A stretch of DNA of 64,000 nt, from contig OZ244744.1 of the NCBI GenBank assembly GCA_965219455.1, forward strand, positions 5,760,001 through 5,824,000, in the 5' to 3' direction. The notes under the pieces are model-generated. The model did no database searches, was not told the DNA's origin, and saw only the letters and a list, made by a program, of their open reading frames with translations. A program made the translations under genes and the position numbers. This DNA is from Candidatus Latescibacterota bacterium. GTDB lineage: Bacteria > Latescibacterota > UBA2968 > GCA-2709665. This document shows positions 58,789-64,000 of this stretch, in pieces. Numbering within the stretch: the first letter of the stretch is position 1; each line of letters begins with the position of its first letter.

Positions 58789-58930
58789 ATCGTCAACGGT
58801 GTTGCCGTCCCTCTGAAACGCGCCGCCGCCTTCGTCGCCCGCCGGGTAGAGGTCCGACCCGGAACCAATTCTCTTCTGCCGTTAGCAGGTTGAATCCATT
58901 GATTTCGGAACCGGCGGCGGCTTCAAGACC

Positions 58931-59986
58931 TCAGTCCAGAAAACCCTCGATCGTCTGGTCACCAGGGTCAATCATCGGATGGTCCACGTTTTCGAGGGGC
59001 AACGTTACAAACTCGCCAGTCTGCGCGGACTGGTAAGCCGCCGTTGTCATCTCGGCAACCGCCAGACCGTCTGGTACGCCCATCACCGGATCCCGATCCT
59101 CTTCTATGCAGTCGATCAACTCCTGCACGCACGATTCCGAGTAAGACAGGGGAGCAGGCGGCAATTCCAACGCGACGCCATTGAGCAACATCGTTTCAGG
59201 TTCCGCGTGGATCCAGTGGCCCTCGGCAGTCACGTCCACCGCGTTGGCCGAAGGTCCTTCCTCCTTGAGTTTGTTTCGTCCGGTTACCAGCGTCGCGGCA
59301 AAATCCCCGTATTCGCACACGACGGTCGCCATATCTTCCGTACCGAATGCCCGGTATTCGTCCCAATAGGCATTTCGCATGCTGCTGAATATTCGCCTGG
59401 GCATTCCGAATAGATGGTGGAGATAGTCCACCGCATGACTGCCCAGATTCATCAGTTCCCCCCCTCCATTCACATTAACCGGCGTGGGGTAACTCACGTA
59501 CTGCATCAGGTCGCTGTCCTTGAACTGGCGAACGAAATAATGGGTGTAGGACGTTATATTGGCGTAGGCCCCGGACCGAATTCCCCGTGCGAGCGCCGCC
59601 AGCCCGGGCAGGCATCGGATCGGGTAGCTCAACACGATCCTGACACCGGATCCCGCGGCAGCGTCTACGATCTCCCGGGCTTCCGTAACGGTGCGCGAAA
59701 GGGGTTTGTCCACCAGAACGTGCTTGCCGCAGTCCACTGCCTTTGCGATCAGGGTTCGTTTCAGATAAAAATCGGAGGCAATGGAAACGATCTGCACGCG
59801 CGGATCTTCCAGTACCGCGTCGTAGTCCGCAACGCATGTGACTCCGAATCGTTCCTCAAGGGGTCTGGCCTTGTCAGCCCTGTGTTCCGCCGCCGCTACA
59901 ATCCGGCAATCCTCCCGTGCTTCCAGGATCGGGCCATAGCTCATCTGATGGGCCCGGTTTCCGACCAATCCGACACCGTAGCTCAT
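58931..59986 (-). CDS. Gfo/Idh/MocA-family oxidoreductase
   Basis: GKHVLVDKPL, GGGELMNLGSHAVD, TEDMA. Confidence 0.9.
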   Translation of the reverse strand: MSYGVGLVGNRAHQMSYGPILEAREDCRIVAAAEHRADKARPLEERFGVTCVADYDAVLEDPRVQIVSIASDFYLKRTLIAKAVDCGKHVLVDKPLSRTVTEAREIVDAAAGSGVRIVLSYPIRCLPGLAALARGIRSGAYANITSYTHYFVRQFKDSDLMQYVSYPTPVNVNGGGELMNLGSHAVDYLHHLFGMPRRIFSSMRNAYWDEYRAFGTEDMATVVCEYGDFAATLVTGRNKLKEEGPSANAVDVTAEGHWIHAEPETMLLNGVALELPPAPLSYSESCVQELIDCIEEDRDPVMGVPDGLAVAEMTTAAYQSAQTGEFVTLPLENVDHPMIDPGDQTIEGFLD

Positions 59987-60060
59987 TCTTGAGTTCCTTT
60001 CGTCTCCTGCTTTGAGGGGTGCAGAGACCACACCGACTGTCTGCTTACCGTGGCCTGCGC

Positions 60061-61080
60061 CTACACCCAGTTCAATTCCTGCGCCTCGCCCGTGCGAATC
60101 GCTTCAATGGCCCGGAGGGCAAGCGTTGTCGCCCGAACGCCGTCGTCCAATTTCGCCGCGTGCACCGGGTCGATGCCCCTGAGCGACCAGTCCACAACCG
60201 CACGCATCTGCTGAGTGTATCCATGTGCAAAGTCGCTATCGTCGCATCCGGGGATATCGGTAATTGTCAGGCGGCCGGGCTCGGCGCCCCAGAGGCGAAT
60301 CTCGGGATTCCAGTGGTAGTTAAACAGACTCGCGGTCGTGTCCCCTGCGAAGACCTGATAGGCCGCCTTTCCCATCAACGCCGGCTTGCCCACGTCGCCT
60401 ATCGCGACATTGGCGACCGCCCCGTCCGCAAACCGAAGCGTACACGCCACCGCGTCCGTGATGGGCAACGTGGGATGGTGATAGTTGCCACCCGCCGCGT
60501 AAATCGATACCACCTCGGACCCATTCAGGAAACGAACCGCGTCGAAGCAGTGACAACCCTGACTCAACACGTTGCCTCCCCCGGCAACCGGGTCGTTCGC
60601 CCAGCTCTGTTCTCCCCATCGGGGATCGAAATACTGTGCGATCGTCAACCACGGCCGCGGCGCGACCTCCTTTAACTTCAGGAAAAACGGCGAGAACCGA
60701 GCCTGAAAACCTGCCATGAACTTAACGCCCGCCGCATTTACAGCCTCCTCGATCGCAATGCAATCCTCCATGCAGATCGCCAGCGGCTTCTCGCAAAAGA
60801 TATCTTTACCGGCTTCCGCCGCCGACACACACATGGGCGCATGAAGGTGGTGGTGCGTGCAGATGAGCACGACGTCGACGGCAGGGTCGTCAAGCGCCCG
60901 CTCGAATTCCGTGCTTACCGCCGCGGCCGAGACCTCCGCACCCAGCGATCGGGCCGCGCCTGCGTCCATATCCACCAGCATGCGCAGAGACACGTCTTCA
61001 AAGCCCGCCAGCGCCACCGCATGGGTTCTTCCCATATTCCCGCAGCCGATAATTGCGACATCCAACTTGCCTTCGGTCAC
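60061..61080 (-). CDS. Gfo/Idh/MocA-family oxidoreductase
   Basis: IIGCGNMG, GKDIFCEKPL, GGGNVLSQGCHCFD; GTG start 61080 inferred. Confidence 0.9.
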   Translation of the reverse strand: MTEGKLDVAIIGCGNMGRTHAVALAGFEDVSLRMLVDMDAGAARSLGAEVSAAAVSTEFERALDDPAVDVVLICTHHHLHAPMCVSAAEAGKDIFCEKPLAICMEDCIAIEEAVNAAGVKFMAGFQARFSPFFLKLKEVAPRPWLTIAQYFDPRWGEQSWANDPVAGGGNVLSQGCHCFDAVRFLNGSEVVSIYAAGGNYHHPTLPITDAVACTLRFADGAVANVAIGDVGKPALMGKAAYQVFAGDTTASLFNYHWNPEIRLWGAEPGRLTITDIPGCDDSDFAHGYTQQMRAVVDWSLRGIDPVHAAKLDDGVRATTLALRAIEAIRTGEAQELNWV

Positions 61081-61081
61081 C

Positions 61082-61924
61082 TCATTGCCTCCACTCGCCA
61101 TCGGTTGTGGCCGGCTCGTACGGCGCCTGGCGGGACGGATGGGTTTCATCCGACAGAATCCCGTACAGTTCCGGCCTTCGGTCCGCCAGGTGGTTCCCGC
61201 CGGTCACGGTTGACAGGTCAATTTCGTGCACCAACACATCGGGCACATTCGACTGAAGCTTAGCGTCAAGTTGGCCCTTCGGGCCCGTAATCAACGCCAC
61301 GTTGGGATGCGTGAAGCAGACGAACATCTGGTTCTCGTAGGACCGCGTGCGCATCCACCACTCGTTATCCAGATGCCACATCCCGTACGTCGGCATCAGA
61401 CAGACCTCGGCGCCCTTCAATCGGAGGACGCGGATGGACTCCGGCCATCGGCGATCGGCGCAGATCGCCAAGCCCACGGTACCGAAATCCAGTTCGAATA
61501 CGGGAAGATCCCGCCCCGGGGCGAATCGACGGTCGTGGTTCTGAAGATGCGTCTTGTAATACGTGCCCAGGATCTCGCCATTGCGTCCGGCCAGCAGAGC
61601 CGCGTTGTAGAAACAGCCATCCTTCATTTCCGTAAATCCGAACACGATGTGGGTTTTCGCCCGCCGCGCCAGATTCAGAACGCTTCGGACATAGGGGCTC
61701 TCCCCCACCGTCTGAGCCACGCTCCGGAACTTCCGTGCGGTCCAGTCCGCCTCGGTTACCGCGTACCCGTCGAGGAAACACTCCGGGGTGACGAATACAT
61801 CCAGTCCGCTGTCACAATACCGGGCGAACTGTTGCTCAAACACGGCCCAATTCGCCTCAAGGTCCCATTTGGCGGGCATCGCCTTCAACATTCCGATGCG
61901 AACATTGCGGTTTTTTACCGGCAT
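61082..61924 (-). CDS. Carbon-nitrogen hydrolase (nitrilase superfamily)
   Basis: Catalytic triad TPE, YKTHL, ICAD; DRRPELY. Confidence 0.92.
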   Translation of the reverse strand: MPVKNRNVRIGMLKAMPAKWDLEANWAVFEQQFARYCDSGLDVFVTPECFLDGYAVTEADWTARKFRSVAQTVGESPYVRSVLNLARRAKTHIVFGFTEMKDGCFYNAALLAGRNGEILGTYYKTHLQNHDRRFAPGRDLPVFELDFGTVGLAICADRRWPESIRVLRLKGAEVCLMPTYGMWHLDNEWWMRTRSYENQMFVCFTHPNVALITGPKGQLDAKLQSNVPDVLVHEIDLSTVTGGNHLADRRPELYGILSDETHPSRQAPYEPATTDGEWRQ

Positions 61925-62085
61925 GGGTGGTCCTCAGAATTAAGGCTCCCGGGCACGGGTGCGCACACGGTCCGACAGCCGACAAGCGCCTCAACACGCG
62001 GATAACCACGTCGGAGACAAACCTCCGCCCTGCATGGGCGCGCCTGGGCGCTGGACGTCGATTGTCAAACGACTCCGGTACGCAT

Positions 62086-62319
62086 CTACCGCATCTGCCA
62101 GCGCATGCCCGCCACTTCGCCCTGCCTGAACGTGAACCACTTCGTCCAATCGGATAGCGATCCGCCCACGCTCACGGTGCAGTCCACGTGCAGTACCCCG
62201 CTGCCATCTTCCACGCCGTTGTTCCGAACGTCCATCCGCACCGTGTCCTCGCCGTACTGCGACTTCAGGTACCGGATCGCTTTGTTCTTCATTTCCGCTT
62301 CGCTCAACGATTCCGCCAT
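62086..62319 (-). CDS. Small hypothetical protein (77 aa)
   Basis: MAESLSEAEMKNKAIRYLKSQYGEDTV...WTKWFTFRQG; AAGGAG RBS directly after the upstream stop. The 262-aa ORF call is an over-extension. Confidence 0.75.
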   Translation of the reverse strand: MAESLSEAEMKNKAIRYLKSQYGEDTVRMDVRNNGVEDGSGVLHVDCTVSVGGSLSDWTKWFTFRQGEVAGMRWQMR

Positions 62320-62329
62320 GAATTGCTCC

Positions 62330-63574
62330 TTAAACCGGCGGGATCGCCGCGACGCCCGATGCTCTGACGTTTTCTTCCAGGTTCCGGAACTGATTCCCGT
62401 CGTCCACGATATTTCTTGACCGCTCGTCAATCCGTATGCCGATCTTCTGTTTTCCCCCGCCGGTGTCTTCGATCCGGCAATTGCGAATCTCAACCTGGTA
62501 CGTCTCTCCTCGAATGTCCACACCCGTACCGTCCCCCGTAAATCCGTTGTCCCGAATCCGGCAGGACGCCACGACGTTCCGGTGAGCGCCTCTGAATTCA
62601 GCCTGGGGCTCGCGAAAAAGCACGCCCACTTTATGGTTGCGCTCGATGGTGCAATTCTGAATCCGATTGTCCGTGTCTCTGTGTCCGATGGAGATGCCAA
62701 AGTCGAGATTGTCCGAACAGATACAATTCTCCGCGAGGCCGTCCGACACCCCCCAGCAGAAAAAGATGCCCTGGCTGTTGCCCGTGGAACGGCAGTTCCG
62801 GAACACCGGCCGTTGCGACCCGCTGCCGGGATGGAATCCCAGATTCGCGTTCCGCTGCGACACGCAGTTCTCAAAGACGAAATCGTCGCAGACCTGAAAG
62901 CTGAACCCGTCCCCGTTGTAGTTCCTGGCGGTTACATTCGAGAACAGGTACCTGTGACAGTGCTGCAGGAACACCGCACCGGAATAGTTCCCGTTTATCT
63001 CTTCATTTTCCTCACGGTCCCCATCGAGTACGAGGTTCTCGATCCGAACGTCGTGTACGCCCTCTTCCGCGGTCAGAATCGGAAAAACGGTTGCCAGCGT
63101 CGCCCGCTCTTCCAGCCACATATTCTTGTAGATCCGCTTGCTCAGCGAAACCAGGTTGCCTTCCACCGCCGTCACGGTATCTTTCACGACCTCCATCCGG
63201 CCGTCTCCGCCCCGAAAGGCCCGCAACATCACACCGCACCCCACACTGAACCCGTCCGCGTCCCGGACGGCCACCCGTGCTTCGTACCAGTCCGAATCCC
63301 GAACCAGATCCGTCTTGAACCCAGGCGCCTTTCTCAGTACCGTGGCTTCGCCCGCGCCCCGCACCGTCAGGTTCGAATGCAGATAAAGCGCGTTGCGCAT
63401 TGTATACACACCGGGACGAATCTCCAGGATTCCGCCCCCAAGCCGCCGGAGATAGTCCGCACCGGCCTGCAGCACTTTGTCGTCAGCTCCCCGCAGATCC
63501 CCTTCGTCCTGCCCCACCGTCAACACCATTTCCTTACGCGCCGTTATCGGCCGATTGGTTGAAAGATCGATCAT
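62330..63574 (-). CDS. Right-handed parallel beta-helix (pectin-lyase fold) protein
   Basis: GGGILEIRPGVY, VRGAGEATVL, repeated IxNCxxxxNxxxG turns; ATG 63574 with GGAG RBS. Confidence 0.87.
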   Translation of the reverse strand: MIDLSTNRPITARKEMVLTVGQDEGDLRGADDKVLQAGADYLRRLGGGILEIRPGVYTMRNALYLHSNLTVRGAGEATVLRKAPGFKTDLVRDSDWYEARVAVRDADGFSVGCGVMLRAFRGGDGRMEVVKDTVTAVEGNLVSLSKRIYKNMWLEERATLATVFPILTAEEGVHDVRIENLVLDGDREENEEINGNYSGAVFLQHCHRYLFSNVTARNYNGDGFSFQVCDDFVFENCVSQRNANLGFHPGSGSQRPVFRNCRSTGNSQGIFFCWGVSDGLAENCICSDNLDFGISIGHRDTDNRIQNCTIERNHKVGVLFREPQAEFRGAHRNVVASCRIRDNGFTGDGTGVDIRGETYQVEIRNCRIEDTGGGKQKIGIRIDERSRNIVDDGNQFRNLEENVRASGVAAIPPV

Positions 63575-63675
63575 CGCCTTCTCCCCATTCCTTAAAAGCT
63601 GTCTTAAAACCCCCAGCGGTCTTCGCCCGAATGCAAAATAAGCCGCGGCTTGCGAGGTGTCAAGCCCCGGAACCG

Positions 63676-64000
63676 TCAACTGACCAACGGTAGAATCACA
63701 TGCGAGCGGTGATGGGGCCCATGGAATACCTCCTGATGGGCGATCACGAATGTGGCTTCCCCGTAGTCGTCTCCACCGGTGTTGTGATTCCGGTCGAAAT
63801 TCGGAAAGTCCGAACTCGTCACGTCCAGCCGGATCCGGTGACCGGGCCGGAACAATACCGCCGTAGGGAGCATCGGGATCCGGTATTGATATATTTTCCC
63901 CTCCGGCAGCATCTCAGGGTTGTCAAACCCGGCCCGAAACCTCGCCCGCACGATTCCGTAACTCACCTGGTGGACAAATCCGTCCGGGCGGACATCCATC
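63676..64000 (-). CDS. CocE/NonD-family hydrolase, C-terminal part (truncated by window edge)
   Basis: DVRPDG, FRPGHRIRLDVTSSDFPNFDRNHNTG, SHVILP. Confidence 0.88.
   Translation of the reverse strand, partial: MDVRPDGFVHQVSYGIVRARFRAGFDNPEMLPEGKIYQYRIPMLPTAVLFRPGHRIRLDVTSSDFPNFDRNHNTGGDDYGEATFVIAHQEVFHGPHHRSHVILPLVS

Overview
A GC-rich (roughly 60%) bacterial chromosomal region with about 56 likely real CDS, mostly on the minus strand. No rRNA, tRNA, CRISPR array, integrase or transposase gene was recognised. The gene content suggests a Candidatus Latescibacterota/Handelsmanbacteria-like organism (inference only): three ~670-aa DUF6785-like membrane proteins, four Gfo/Idh/MocA oxidoreductases, several amidohydrolases and secreted proteins with paired DFxGDGxVDFxDF dockerin/EF-hand-like tails. 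Recognisable modules are a split NitT/TauT ABC transporter, hpnC-hpnD-hpnE squalene synthesis divergent from cobO, a threonine synthase, a threonine aldolase, a sigma54 activator, an RND pump, TonB/ExbB/ExbD, a GT2 glycosyltransferase and a large FN3 lipoprotein with an (AB)x3 internal amplification. The most notable observations are: (1) a ~12-kb lyase / divergent ComA / degenerate M14 / isomerase / 2x DUF6785-like / dehydrogenase cluster that looks like an uncharacterised catabolic system; (2) a family of short MITE-like elements that begin at TAG stop codons and carry nested mini-insertions; (3) candidate structured leader RNAs before tonB and the threonine aldolase; (4) a duplicated amidohydrolase 5' fragment flanking a pseudo-peptidase gene; (5) an orphan sigma54 activator with Glu at the phospho-acceptor position. 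All family calls come from motif recognition by eye, not from database searches. Many start codons were moved to RBS-supported positions.
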